Assembly: GCF_009914755.1 (NCBI RefSeq)
Contig: NC_060940.1
DNA length: 64,000 nucleotides
Strand: one strand, 5' to 3'
Origin: the human T2T-CHM13v2.0 reference genome, Homo sapiens
In this document: piece by piece, positions 36,051 through 53,871 of the stretch
How the letters are laid out: the number at the start of each line of letters is the position of its first letter
How positions within the stretch are numbered: position 1 is the stretch's first letter
The notes under the pieces: model-generated
Databases searched by the model: none
What the model was told of the DNA's origin: nothing
What the model saw: the letters and a program-made list of their open reading frames with translations, nothing else
Position numbers and translations under genes: made by a program

Positions 36051-36642
36051 TATTCAATATTTCCTCATGATGATGATGATGACAATGACAATGATGATGA
36101 TGGGACCCAGGGCGTCACATGTATCCTTGATGGTGAGATGTTTCTATCTATGAGGGAGAAGACCCAAGACCTTCACTAATCCTCAAATTTCTAAATACCA
36201 CCAGAGCAGCATTCAATATTCCTTGTGAATGCCATAAAGCATGACGGAAGAAAAGCAATGAGTCTCTAAGTATAAAACTAAATTCCCACATGAAATACGT
36301 TTCTGTCTCAGAATCACCACTTCCTTAAATCCCTGCTACTTCTTATCATTTCCATTTTCAGGACAAGCAGTGGGGTTTCCTGTAAGGAACATTTATTTCA
36401 CAAAGTAACAAGTCGTGGTCACTTTCTGATGGTTCTCAGGATGGGATGACAGGCTGTGAACAACAGTGATATGCTATGTAGGGGAGGCTGAGCCTTCTTG
36501 CTAAGCCAGGCACTCATTCCTACACCCTGCATTTCAGGAAAAGAGAGATGATGACACAGCATGTTCCTGTGAGGTTGTCTATAAATAGACAAATCACACA
36601 TTTTGAATCTGTGAGTAAGGATAATAGTAACATTCACTCTAA

Positions 36643-37253
<611 letters not shown>

Positions 37254-37487
37254 ACATTATCTCTTAATTAGTGGGAAAAAAGTAAATTCAGGTCCCTGCC
37301 TGATGTCTGCCTATCAGAGACTGGTTGAATAAAATGCCTACTATTCTTCTTCTTAAACCTTGCCATCACTCTGGGCTTCTTGCTGTTCTTCTTGAAAGTC
37401 CCTACCCATTGCGTGAATGAAATCTGGGAAGAAGGGAGGGGGAGAAATGAAAATGAGCCAAATTTGTGGCACATACAACATTCATCA

Positions 37488-38292
<805 letters not shown>

Positions 38293-38329
38293 TTCTTATA
38301 TCCCAGCCCCTCCTCTGGCCCTTTGTACT

Positions 38330-38660
38330 TGCTGGTCCCTTTGGCAGAAGCACGTTATCTTCAAATATTCACATAGGTGACTCCTGGTCATTATTCAACC
38401 TCCATTCCCATGCCACCTCCTCAGATCAGCCCAGATCAAGGCCTCTCTGGTCAACCCAGGCACCATGTATTATTTTACTTTGTTTTTGCCTTTCATAGCA
38501 CTTAGTAGTAACTGGATTTGTATTATTTGTGTATATGTTTGTTTGATAATTATCTTCATTTCCTTCTAAACATCTCTTTGCCTATTTTGTTCACTGCTAG
38601 AAAAAGATGTCTACAACAGAGGTGGCAGAAAGAAGACACTCAATACATATTTATTTAATA
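38330..38660 (+). mobile_element. L2 3' fragment
   Basis: tttcatagcactta...ttgttcactgct...cactcaatacatattt. Confidence 0.6.
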
Positions 38661-39842
38661 AATAAAGATAAGAATATAAAACATATTTTCTTTCCTATTA
38701 TTGCCAAAGAGTGGGTCATTATTTGCCCCAGCTTTGACAGAGGACTCTGGGAACATTCTACAAAAAATACCAAGTAATTGGTAAGATTCTTTTTTTTTTT
38801 TTTTTACATTAACACCCAAATTAATTCTTCTCATCACCTGAGACAGCAACAGTGGCTGTTTAGTGACCATAGATACCTTTCCCCCATTTTTCTCCTGATG
38901 GTTCTGAAATTTCCTGTTCATCAGGAAATATATGCTTTCCTCTCTGCTGATATTCTCTTGAGTTCATCGGCCACAAAACTCTCATAGGAGTTCTGTTGTT
39001 TGGATAATTTAAACACTGTGAATGTCTTTGAAATTTTGTTTAAGTGAATTATCTAACATGTACTCCTCAGAATAACTTCTACTTGGTTCCTAGAATATCC
39101 AGCTTCATCTCATTCTCTTTTGAACGGCAGCCTGCCAGGGCTTACTAATTGCCCATGGCCAAGTCTCTATGGAGGAAAGTAGAAAGAAATATTTCATGCC
39201 TAAATATTATTGTTTGAATGGCGAAGCACACTTCTAGAATTGAAAACTTAACATTTCAAGGAGACATTTAATAGCCTTTGTTTTTGGTTCCATTGCTTAA
39301 TTAGATGGCAGCAGAGAACTTCTATTTGGGTGATTTGACCCTCTGGGAATGGATGGGGCTATTCATTTCAGGATACCAATGGCATAGATGAAAATATGCA
39401 AGGTAGTGAACTAGTCCTTCAGGCATCTGTTTTCCAGTGAGGCTTTTGCAATATTCAATGGACCTTTGCATGTTTCTTCTCTTTCCTTGGAGAAGTTAAA
39501 CAGTGAGTGTCAACTGAGACCCTCTATCTTAAAAAGGCTAAAATTTCAGTACGCAGAAGATATTCTATTCTATGAATAAAGTAGAGGAAAGAATGGCTTA
39601 CATTTGCCCTAATACTACAAATTTGCAGTGCAGTCTCTTCTTTCGATTTGCAGTAATGCATGCATATACATTCTTATTGGAAAAATGTGTGAAGGGTATA
39701 TTTGAAGGGTTCCATCACTTTCCATAAACAATCCTATTCTCCTCTCAGAGGTAAATTCTATAGATAATGTAGTGTGTGCATGTGTGTGTGTGTGCATGTG
39801 AGGGTGTGTGATATGTAAAATAAGACTAAATTACACAGTAAA

Positions 39843-39957
39843 TTTTATTGAAATATGGTCACGTTCTGTCACTCAGGCTAGAGTACAGTGACACAAACAT
39901 GGCTCACGGCAGCCTCAGCCTCCCAGGCTCAAGGGATCCTCCTACCTCAGCCTCCCA
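39843..39957 (-). mobile_element. Alu monomer or fragment (FLAM/FRAM/AluJ-like)
   Basis: caggctagagtacagtg...ggctcaagggatcctcctacctcagcctccca. Confidence 0.8.
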
Positions 39958-40113
39958 GAGTAATTTTTGAAGTAAACAAAATATAAGAATAATAATAATA
40001 ATAGACAGTGTTTATGAAAATTTTTCTCAGTGACAGGCACTGTGCAAAATGCTTTATCTATAGTATATTTTATCATTTAATTCTTACAATTACGCTATGC
40101 AGAAAGTATCATT

Positions 40114-40899
40114 TTTTAATTTTTAATTTTCAAAAATTTTTTGTGGGTATGTAGATGTGTATGTTTGTGGGGTACATGAGATGTTTTGATACAAGCATGC
40201 AATGTGAAATAAGCACATTATGGAGAATGGAGTATTTATCCTTTGAGTTACAAACAATCCAATTACTTTCTTTATTTTAACATATACAATTAAGTTATTA
40301 TTGACTATGGTCACCCTACTGTGCTACCAAAGAGCAGGTCTTATTTGCTCTTTCTATTTTTTTTTTTTTTTTGATACCCATTAACCATCCCCACCTTCCT
40401 CCCAACCATCCATTACCCTTCCCAGCCTCTGGTAACCATACTTCTACTATGTCCATGAGTTCAATTCATTTGATTTTTAGATCCCACAAATAAGCAAGAA
40501 CATGCGATGTTTGTCTTTCTGTGCCTGGCTTATTTCACTTAACATAATGATCTCCAGTTGCAGCCACATTGTTGCAAATGACAGGTTCTCATTCCTTTTC
40601 AGGGCTGAATAATATTCCATTATGTATATGTACCACATTCTCTTTATCCATTCATCTGTTGATGGACACTTAGGTCACTTCCAAATCTTGGCTATTGTAA
40701 ACAGTGCTGCAACAAACGTAGGAGTGCAGATATCTCTTCAATACACCGATTTTCTTTCTTTTGAGTACATACCCAGCAGTGGGAATGTTGGATCATATGG
40801 CAGCTCGATTTTTAGTTTTTTTTTGAGGGCCCTCCAAACTGTTCTTCATAGCAGTCGTACTAATTTACATTCCCACCAATAGTGCAAAAGGGTCCCCTT
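40114..40899 (-). mobile_element. L1MA (approx. MA2-3) 3' end, inserted in a MIR
   Basis: ggggtacatgagatgttttgatacaagcatgcaatgtgaaataagcac; antisense ORF2 C-terminus. Confidence 0.88.
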
Positions 40900-41161
40900 T
40901 TAAATGTACTGTTTTTAGATATAAAGATACTGAGGGAGCAAGGGAGCAAGTAGCTTCCCCAAGGCCACACTGTTGACAAGTAAAAATCTAGGAATGGACC
41001 CAGGGAGTCTTGCTATAGCCAGAACTCTTAATCAAAATTTTATAGTTAGTAGAGACCATAAGGCACGTAAAAAATTTGCATCATGGTTTCATGTCCTTTA
41101 ACTTCATAACCAAGTGGTTCTCTTTGACGTTATCATAAACATTATATTTAAAAACTATTTC

Positions 41162-41460
<299 letters not shown>

Positions 41461-41644
41461 AAAAACTGTATCCTTTGAATGTGTCACAGTTTCGTGAATC
41501 AGCCTCTTATGTTGAATGTTATAATAATGAAAGAGCTTCTGTGGAGACCTGGACCATCAAAAGTTTTATGTGCATTTTTCCCATAGCTCTTATAAATTTC
41601 TGAAAGGAGTTCATGACACTCCTCATCTAAAATATATAGAAGAT

Positions 41645-42048
<404 letters not shown>

Positions 42049-42479
42049 TTAAGGTTAATTTTTATTTACATCTTCAACAATTATTTCCTGACAGTGATCA
42101 AAACATTGGGCAGACCAATTTATCAGACATGGTCTTCACCTTTAAGGGTTACCAAGGGTATATTTGCACATAGTTATGATGACCCTTTGCAATTCTGAGA
42201 TGTTATGAGCTGGGCACTACTCTAGCTAGAACAAACTGTGATTATCTGTTCCTTTGTAACTTACCCAGAGTCATAGCCACACAGATCAACATATCACTGT
42301 TTTAAAATTAGTCCTGATGTATTAATTCTTCTCTTTCTATTTGTATCAGGAATATCTTCAAAGGAAGGACAATGCTGTCCACATTTCTGGCATCTCTACC
42401 CAGCATTGCTCCCACAGATGGGCATAGAACAATTGTTCAGTGGATGCTCATTGAACATTCTTCAATAAGCCCAGAACAG

Positions 42480-42670
42480 AGAAGAGAATCTGGAAGACAC
42501 GGATTCAAATCCCTGCAACTCTACTTACTGGCTGTATGACCTTAAGTAAGTCATTTTACCTCTTGTGTCTTCATTTTTCTCATCTGGAAAGTAGGAAAGC
42601 TAGTCCCTAGCCTGATGATTGTTTGATAGAGATTGTGTATGTTAAATTTCGAACACATAGGAAGCTCTTT
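42480..42670. mobile_element. MIR
   Basis: ggattcaaatccctgc...ggctgtatgaccttaagtaagtcatttt. Confidence 0.75.
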
Positions 42671-43204
42671 GTAAATATTTGTGCTTTTGTTTTTTCTGAG
42701 TTCTCTTCCATTGGCTGGGCTAAGTCAGAAGAATGAGGAGGTGTTTCTCTGCCTGCAACTCTCAAATGACCCTTTTCCTGCACTGAGCTCCAGTCAGGGA
42801 GTGGATTTCCCTTCAAATCTTCCCATCTCTGCCATCTGCACAGCCAACTGTTCTCTGACTGTGAGATTCCTGCTAGCAACCCTGCTAAGCAGGTGTGGCT
42901 GATGCCTGCCTCCTCTCTGCTTTGCTTGCGGAATCTGATTGTGTTTGACAGGCTGCTCATAATGGAGAAAAAAACGATGAGTTGGATTAAATGTTCTTTG
43001 TTTAGACTTTATTAGCCAAAGATGTTTCTGCATAGTTAATTAGAGAATAAACTGCAATCTCACATTAAGGCAGGGACTCAGCCCCCTGAAACTCAGCCTT
43101 GCTTATGTGCAGGATGATTGGGACTGGGAATAAGGGTGAGTTCCTAATTTACTAGTGGTCTTTGAAGAAGAAATTGGCATAGATGAGGAGAGAAGAGGAC
43201 AATT

Positions 43205-44011
43205 ATCCTAAACAGCTTGGGCTGCTATATCAAAATAAATATTGTAGGCTGAATGACTTAAACAGCAGACATTTGTTATTCATGGTTCTGGAGGCTGGGA
43301 AATCCAAGATAAAAGTGCCAGCTGATTTGGTTCCTGGTGAGGGCTCTTTTCCTGACTTCCCAAAGGCTGCCTTCTTGCTGTGTCCTCACATGGCAGAAAG
43401 AGAGAGAGAGAGACAAAGAAAGGGACAGAGGGAGAGGGAGAGAGAAAGAGAGAGAGAGCCATAGTGTCTCTTCCTCTTCTCATGACACTAATCTCATTAT
43501 AGGAGCTATACCTTTATAACCTCTCCTAAATCTAATTGCTTTCCCAAGGTGTCACCTCTAAATACCATTGTATTGGGGTCGTATTAGTCCATTCTCAGGC
43601 TTCTATAAGGATATACGTGAGACTGGGTAATTTATAAAGGAAAAAGGTTTAATTGACTCACAGTTCCACAGGGCTTGGGAAGCCTCTGGAAACTTACAGT
43701 CATAGCAGAAGGAGAAGTAAACACTTTTTCTTTACATGGTGGCAACAAGGAGAATTGCAGAGCAAAGGGGAAGAAAATCCCCTGTAAAACTATCAGATCT
43801 TATGAGAACTCACTCACTATCACGAGAACAGCGTGGAGGTAACTGCCCCCATGATTCAATTATCTCCCACTGGGTCCCTCCCATGACACGTGGGGATTAT
43901 GGAAACTACAGTTCAAGATTAGATTTGGGTGGGGATACAGTCAAACCACATCAGGGAGTTAAAGCTTCAACATATGAATTGTGATGGCACGCAAACATTC
44001 AATCCATAACA
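43205..44011 (-). mobile_element. MLT1A/B-type MaLR LTR interrupted by THE1
   Basis: ttctggaggctgggaaatccaagat...ggttcctggtgagggctct...aaacattcaatccataaca. Confidence 0.8.
43580..43953 (-). mobile_element. THE1C/D solo LTR
   Basis: gtattagtccattctca...gagactgggtaatttataaagg...gatttgggtgggga...aaaccacatca. Confidence 0.9.
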
Positions 44012-44829
44012 ACCATAAAGATGTGTCTTCCACACAGACCTTCAACATTTACAAGCTAGGTCACCTGTCGAGTTGCTTCTTCAGTTATAAAATGGGACAA
44101 CTGTAAGGTTCTGATGAGGATGCCTGATGGTAAGCACTTGACAAGTGTTAGATGATATAAAATAATACTAACAATAATAAATTATTTCATTATAAGAATT
44201 ATTATTTTTAAAGTTTACAACTCACAGAGAAGAACTCAACCATTCTCGAGTGGCTCATATTGGATGTCTGAGGTAGCCCTCTAATATCTTAAAAGAATAG
44301 AATCCCAGAAACTTCTGGGAACTTATAGTCTGATCATCCTACGTCACCTCAGTTAGCCCAGAAAGAAGAAACATCTTGTCCAGAGAGAAATAGCAATTCA
44401 GTGGCAGCAGAGAAAGGTTTCAGTGAACTGGTCTATGCTTTTTTCATGACAATGTAGATAAGCGTCTTGAAAGAGCACAAATACACCTTCCCCCTTTTAA
44501 TATCATCCTATAAAAAATGCAAGTACAAGCAAAGACATTTAAGGGGTTTTAGATTCACCCCTGTCCCATGTCATTAATCTGAATTAGTGATAAAAAGCTT
44601 AAAAGAACTTTCTCAAAAAGTTAAAAAGAAAAAAAAGTCATAACTCCCACCCTATTTCAACATGTTTCCCAACTCGCTTTCCTATTGACTGAAATTCCTG
44701 TTTCTGACAGCTTTCCTTCTTTGTTGGCAAATAGTAGACATGCAGCGACCATGTGTTGAATAAATAAGTAAATCCCAGATTCTCCTTGGGCTGATGCCAT
44801 CCATTGTGTCCAGCTATAATCCCCCTTGG

Positions 44830-47380
<2,551 letters not shown>

Positions 47381-48080
47381 GTTCCACACTTCAAGCTGTG
47401 GAATTTGTTAGAATCTAATTTCTAGAGAAGCCACAGTTGTCTGTGTCTTCAAACTGAGCCTCAGAAACCTGAAGGTAATTTTCTTCTAGGTCTTGTGGTT
47501 TCACTTGGGTACCCCTCAAATGAACCCCCATTTTGCTGCAGGGATGGAAACCCGGAGGAAGCCTGTGATTTTCAAGAACACCGTCTGGTCCTTTGGCAGC
47601 GTCACACCTACATTCCCTCTTCATAAAGAACGCCTAGTTCCATATGTTCCCCCAGACAGGAAGCTCTGTCCAGGGCCTCTTTCCAAAAGCAAGTATAATT
47701 TCCCACACTGAGAGTTTGGGATTTTTTTTTTAATTGTTGTTTCCTCAAGCTTTCACGTAAGTCATTTAAGGTAAGCTCTCTGAGCAGCTTTGAAGTCTGT
47801 GTCTTTTGAATGCAAAGCTTGAAACAACACTGGATGCTGGGAGTCAAGAGTGGATTCCTCTCTCAAGGCCTCGGTTTCCCCATCTTTCCAATGTGGGCCC
47901 TTGTCTAAACCCTTTCACCCCTAAGACAACATTTGAAAATTCCATTCCCTCCTTTCGACAGTCAACCTGTCTGAGTTCTCATGCCTAGATTCTGCCCTCC
48001 CCACACCCTCTGCTTCTGCCACATCATTTCTCACTCTAGGTAACTGCAAACTGGTTTCTCCTTCATTCCATCTTTCCACA

Positions 48081-48491
48081 TGCTATGGTTTGAATATGTC
48101 CCCTCCAAAATTCAGGTGTTGAAGCTTAATGGCCAATGTAATAGGATTAAGAGATGGGACCTTGAAGAGGTGATCAGGCCATGAGGGCTCCTCCTTTATG
48201 GAGAGATTGGGGCCCTTGTAAAAAAGTCTTTATGCAGGGTTCAATTTTCTTGCCCTTCCACCATCAGCCATGTGAGGATCTAGCATTTCTTCTCTCAAGA
48301 GGATGCAGCAACAACACGCCATCTTGGAAGAAGAGAGCAGCCCTCCACAGACACCAAACCTGCCGGCTCCTTGCTCTTGGACTTCCCAGCCTCCAGAGTT
48401 GTGAGCAAATGGATTTCCGTTCTTTATAAATTACCATGTTTATTATTTTGTATTTAGTATTTTGTTATGGCAACACACATGGATTTAGATA
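48081..48491 (+). mobile_element. MSTC/MSTD-type MaLR LTR
   Basis: tgctatggtttgaatatgtcccctccaaaattcaggtgttg; flanks ccaca/ccacc. Confidence 0.85.
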
Positions 48492-48604
48492 CCACCTCAA
48501 ACCCATTCCTTAAAATTGAAGCAACTTCTATGTAACATTCCTAAAATACACACTTAAGTCATGTTCGTCTCTCTATCTAAAATGTTTCAGTATTATATGC
48601 AGTG

Positions 48605-48960
48605 CTATTTTACTTTATTGGTGTGAATATAAGCTCACTGCAGTTTCCCTAAAAGACAATTTTGCAATGCAGACTATTAAAAATGCACATATTCTTTATC
48701 CTGAGATTCCAATTTTCCTGACTTACCTTCAGAGATAGTACTCAACTATATTTGTTACAACATTGCTTACCACAAACCCTGGTAAAAAAAAAAAAAACTA
48801 AACTAAATGATTGTTACTTAATGCTGTTTAAATAAATTATGCTTACTCTAGCAGAATGCCATGCGGCTTAGCGAAAACAAAAACAAAAAACGAAGAGATG
48901 AATGCTTAAATGCTCTTATGGTTCAATTGCCAAGATATTCTTCTAGCAAAAAATCAAATT
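48605..48960 (+). mobile_element. Ancient L1M (L1ME-like) remnant; donor of a 164-bp duplication
   Basis: aaaaatgcacatattcttt...attccaatt...taaataaattatg. Confidence 0.55.
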
Positions 48961-48975
48961 AAAAAGCAAATTCTA

Positions 48976-49304
48976 GGCTGGGTACAGTGGCTCATGCCTG
49001 TAATCCCAACAATTTGGGAGACCAAGGCAGGTGGATCTCTTGAGGTCAGGAATTCGAGACCAACCTGGCCAAAATGGTGAAACCCCATCTCCACTAAAAC
49101 TACAAAAATTAGCCAGGCATGGTGGAACATGGCTTTAATCTCAGCTACTCAGGAGGCTGAGGCAGGAGAATAACTTGAACCCAGGAGGCAGTGGTTTCAG
49201 TGAGCCAAGATCGTATCACTGCACTCCATCCTGGGCGATAGAGCGAGACTTTATCTCAAAAAAAAAAAAAAAAAAAGAAAAAAAGAAAAGAAAAAGAAAA
49301 AAGG
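48976..49304 (+). mobile_element. Alu (AluSx/Sz)
   Basis: TSD aaaaagcaa(a/g)ttc(t/c)ag. Confidence 0.95.
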
Positions 49305-49546
49305 AAAAAGCAAGTTCCAGAAGAATGTGCGTAGGATAATCCAATCATTTATGTGTCCAAAAAATGTGACAGGAAAGTATGTTATACACTTTTTCATGCA
49401 TGTTTTATGTCTGAAAAGAAAAGAAAAGAAAAAGAAAAAAGGAAAAAGCAAGTTCTAGAAGAATGTGCATAGGATAATCTAATCATTTATATGTCTAAAA
49501 AATGTGACAGGAAACTATGTTATACACTTTTTCATGCATGTTTTAT
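49281..49546. repeat. 138-bp tandem duplication
   Basis: ggaaaaagcaag at 49303 and 49441; about 6 substitutions. Confidence 0.93.
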
Positions 49547-50204
49547 CTGTTTTCCTTTTCACACCAAAATGTGATCTCCATGAGTTCAAGGACATTGTCT
49601 TCATCCTCTTATTCCCCACTCTATCTTCAGTATGTAGGCATAATAAGTGTTCAATAAATAGTTGCTTAATGTATCAGAGAATAGAACCTGGATGATAAAA
49701 GCTCTGGGGTGGGTGAGAAACTTGCTTTTTACTGATTTCCCTACAAATTCTAGAGTAGGGAAGTTCCATTCAGGCTCAATCCCCTTCCCACCATGCTACC
49801 TGACCTCCTGCCACCCTGACCTACTTGCACTGTACTGAAAACACAGGGGTGCACCACAGCAGGAAACATCCACTCACTCTGTCTCCTCTACCTCTGTTCA
49901 CCTTCCCAGCCCTCCCACTAACCTCCCACTCAACTCCCACTCACCTAGCTTTAATATCTGACTCCATTATTTTAGTTGCAAGCGTACTTGCTCCTTTCTC
50001 TAGATTTCTTTAGCCTCTCAAAGCATCTACTGCTTAACCATGACTCAAGATTACAATTTTTTACCTGGACAGAGACCAACTATTACTCATCTTCACATAA
50101 GGAGACCAGAAGAGTGCCCAGAAAACAGTGGATGCCAATCAATGTTTAAGAATTAAAAAGATTCATTTTACTAAATAAGTGTATATTTAGTATACATGTT
50201 CATT

Positions 50205-50920
50205 AACTGCTGATTGAATAAGTAAAATGCAGTATATATACATTCAAAGAAATGTTATGTAGTGATAAAAAGAAATTAAGTGCTGGCCAAGCATGGTGGC
50301 TCATGCCTGGTATCCCAGCAGTTTGGGAGGCCAAGTCGGTGGATCGCTTGAGGTCAGGAGTTCGAGGTCAGCCTGGCCAACATGGAGAAACTTTGTCTCC
50401 AGTAAAAATACAAAAGCTAGCCTGGTGGGGTGGCACTCACTGTAATCCCAACTACTGAGGGGACTGAGGCATAAGAATTGCTTGAACCCAGGAGGCAGAG
50501 GTTGCAGAAAGTCGAGATCCTGCCACCGAATTCCAGAGTCCATCTCAAAAAAATAAAATAAAATAAATAAAGAAAAGAAATTAAGTACTGATACATGCTG
50601 CAAAGCTGATGAATCTTGAAACCATTAAGTTTAAAAAGCCAGTCAAGAAGGACCACATATTATATAATTGTATTCATATGAAATGTCCAGAATAGGGAAA
50701 TTAGTAGACAGAAAATAGATCATTGAGTTCCTAGGGCTGAAAGGATGAGGGGATTAGAGGGTAAGGAGTGCCTACTTTCTTCTCAGGAAATGGAAACATT
50801 CAAATTGATATAGTGATGAATACACAACTCTGTAAATATACTAAATGCCATTGAATTGTACATTTTAGATGAGTGAATTTGTCTGGCATGTAAATTATAT
50901 CTTAATGAAATTGTTTAACA
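50205..50920 (+). mobile_element. L1MB/MC 3' end, Alu-interrupted
   Basis: aagtactgatacatgctgcaa...tatgaaatgtccagaatagg...cattgaattgtacattt. Confidence 0.8.
50285..50575 (+). mobile_element. Alu with short right-arm deletion
   Basis: TSD aaagaaattaagt(g/a)ctg. Confidence 0.93.
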
Positions 50921-51004
50921 TTTGAAAATAGTGAGAATAAATGAGTGAAGGAGTGAATCATGAATAATATAGGCTAATGGGACATCCCTTAAGGTAGAAG
51001 TACA

Positions 51005-51393
51005 GTATTATTTGAATTTGTGTCCCCATCCAAATCTCATGTTAAATGGTAATCCCCAATGTTGGAGGAGGGTCATGTTGAGAGGTGATTGGATCATGGG
51101 GGGTAGACTTTCCCTTTGCCGTTCTTGTGATATTGTGTGACTTCTCACAATATCTGGTTGTTTAAAAGTATATAGCACCTCCCCGTTCTCTCTTCCTCCT
51201 GCTCCAGCCATGTAAGATGTGCCTGCTTTCCTTTTGCCTTCCGCCATGATTGTAAGTTTCCTGAGGCCTCCCTAGTCATGGTTCCTGTACAGCCAGTCGA
51301 ACCATGAGCCAATTAAACCTCTTTCTTTTTTTTTTAAATAAACTACCCATTCTCGGGTAGTTCTTTATAGTAATGTAAGAATGGACTAATACA
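51005..51393 (+). mobile_element. MSTA solo LTR
   Basis: ccaaatctcatgtt...gtgattggatcatgggg...gaatggactaataca. Confidence 0.9.
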
Positions 51394-52399
51394 AGGTAAA
51401 AATTCTCCCTCACTTAACTTCCTATACCTCCCAAAACAATGCCTCCAAAATTATTGACTTATTTATAAAACGTATATCAACAAGTCTGCTGTATGCTTTC
51501 ACCGTGCTAGGCACTGGGGATAGAAAAGTGAATAAAACAGGAGTATTCTTCTTTATCCTATAGCTAATTGCTCAAGGTGACAGTCTAATGTTTAACAAAA
51601 CATTACACAAAGAGGTTTATTATTATTATTTCAATAGTATTAAACATTACAATAAAATCGGAAGCACCAAGAGAGTGTAAGGATATTGCTTGTCTCATCC
51701 AGACAAGGCCCCCAAGGTCTGGTAATTTTCATGCCTAATACCACCCATGGGTCTGGGCATTTTCTAGGAATATTGCCTGGCCTCACCTTCTCACACACCA
51801 ACTGAGCTTTTAGTAGAAGAATGAAGAGATGGGCAGTGTATGCTTGGAGTCCCCTGTCCTGTTGCTGCAGAGATGGATAGCTCTACCTGGGGTTCTGGGG
51901 AACACCTGGGGATTTGGTCTGGATACTGCTCTTGGATCCAAATCTCCACTCCTGCCTTCCCATGCTCAGCGACGTGATAGATAGCTTTAATTACACCAGC
52001 TTTAGAACTCTTCCCGGCCTTCTCTGATGCATTTCATTTCCTTCTGCTATGGGCCCCTGATGCCTGGTGATATAACTCAGCGAAAGACATTACTGGGAGG
52101 GATTTTGAAATCTAAACCTCCAACTCCACTGATGTTGCAGGTATTGACTGAACTGGGCTCCCTGGGCCTCCTTTCTTAGAGCTGTGATTCACAGTTTCAG
52201 GAGCTCATGAAAATCTGGGCAAGCCAGTCTTGGACCGAAACTCCTGTATCCCCATCATCTGCAGGACAGAGTCCAAATTCCTGCTGTGGTCTAAAGGGTC
52301 CTCTAAATCAGGCCTCATTTGCACACTGGCCCCTACCACAGCCCTCGCTATTCCACCCACTGTCCTCATCTTTACCAGCACTTTACCAGCAGCATTTAT

Positions 52400-52700
52400 T
52401 AAGTCCCCACTGTGTTATACACATTACACTGAACCCTGTGCTTGGATCATGTCATCTCATCCCCCTAGTAAACCTTTGAGACCAAAAATGTTCTTATCTT
52501 CATTCTACAGATAAAAAATATATGTATATATATCTATATCTATATAGATAGAGAGATATAGATATAGATATATAGATATATAGATATATATACACACATA
52601 TATATGGAAGGGGAATAACTTTCCCAAGTCTTATAGCTAGTAAGTGGTAATACCTGGATTTCAACCCAGGCCTTCCAACTGTGATTTTAATCACCTCCCT
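52400..52700. mobile_element. MIR interrupted by TA/TAGA microsatellite (52518-52605)
   Basis: cattctacagat...aactttcccaagtcttatagctagtaagtgg. Confidence 0.7.
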
Positions 52701-52766
52701 ATTTTGTGTGAGCAATAACCAAATTATTTGCAATTCCCCCAATGTGCAGTTTTCTCATGCCTCTGG

Positions 52767-53105
52767 GCAGGAATGGATCTGGTTTTTGTAGTGTTGAAAG
52801 CGTATATAGTTTTGGAGGCCCTCTATGAGAAAAAAAGAAGGCGAAAGTAAAGCACTAATGAAAATTTAGATAATAAAGGGACACTTATTTCAAATACCAA
52901 AAAGATGGCATGTTGCAAGTGTTAAAAAGCTGGAAAAATTCACAGAAATCTGCAAAAAGGAAATATTTCTGCAATTTTCTGTTTGGCACAGATAATATGA
53001 TTTTCCTACATATTTTTGTGTTTGTATTTATCGATTGCTTCTTCATATGCCAAAAATTGTGTAATATCGTCTTCTACAAGGAGAATAGAAGGATCATTTA
53101 GAATT
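52767..53105. mobile_element. hAT-Tip100-like DNA transposon remnant (MER115/Zaphod-like)
   Basis: ggatctggtttttgt...gcgtatatagttttggaggccctct resembles that terminus from memory. Confidence 0.35.
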
Positions 53106-53115
53106 TCCTCAAGGG

Positions 53116-53327
53116 CAGGGGTTGGTAAACTGCAATGTGAGGCAAACTGCTGTTTTTGTAAATAAAGTTTTATTAGAATACAGTGTTGTCCATTTATTTA
53201 CCTATTGTCTGTGGCTGCTTTTTTGCTACAATGAGACAAATTTGAGTTCTTGCAGTAGGGAATGTATGCCCTTAAAGCCTAAAATACTTACTATCTGGTC
53301 TTTTACGTAAAAAGTTTGCCAACCCTA
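53116..53327. mobile_element. MER58A hAT DNA transposon
   Basis: Terminal inverted repeats caggggttggtaaact / agtttgccaacccta; 8-bp TSD ctcaaggg/ctctaggg. Confidence 0.88.
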
Positions 53328-53710
53328 CTCTAGGGTGATGGCCTCTGAAGGAAAGTCTTTAAAAGTAAGGTGCTCCAAAACTTAGCTCCATTCACTTCCC
53401 ATTATACACTTTGCTGTCTCTAGAAATGTCCTCCCACTCTGGATTTCTCCTTTAAGATTTAACACAGGTGTGTCCTCCCCGAGAAAGCACTCCCTGGGCC
53501 CTCCTCGTCCTTTTATAACTAGGGCCACCCCTCTGTCCTCCCACAATCCCATGCGAAGCCCCCTTCGTTTATTACGGGAAGAAAGAAAAACATGTCTTGA
53601 AACTTCCCTCCAATTAGGCCACATAGATTATATTAATATACCCTCCTTTGAGGAGGATGCAAGGATGTTGGTGTGGTTTGACCAGGGATAAACACTCGAA
53701 AGCTAAAATG

Positions 53711-53871
53711 TTGTTACAACATTGCTTACCACAAACCCTGGTAAAAAAAAAAACTAAACTAAATGATTGTTACTTAATGCTGTTTAAATAAATTATGCTT
53801 ACTCTAGCAGAATGCCATGCGGCTTAGCGAAAACAAAAACAAAAAACGAAGAGATGAATGCTTAAATGCTC
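53711..53871 (+). repeat. 161-bp copy of 48752..48915
   Basis: Identical apart from A14 versus A11 run. Confidence 0.97.

Noticed and set aside
35011-36390. Acceptor/donor-like pairs suggesting micro-exons (35031-35053, ~36362-36381)
   Set aside because: Expected by chance in 64 kb; no supporting reading frame
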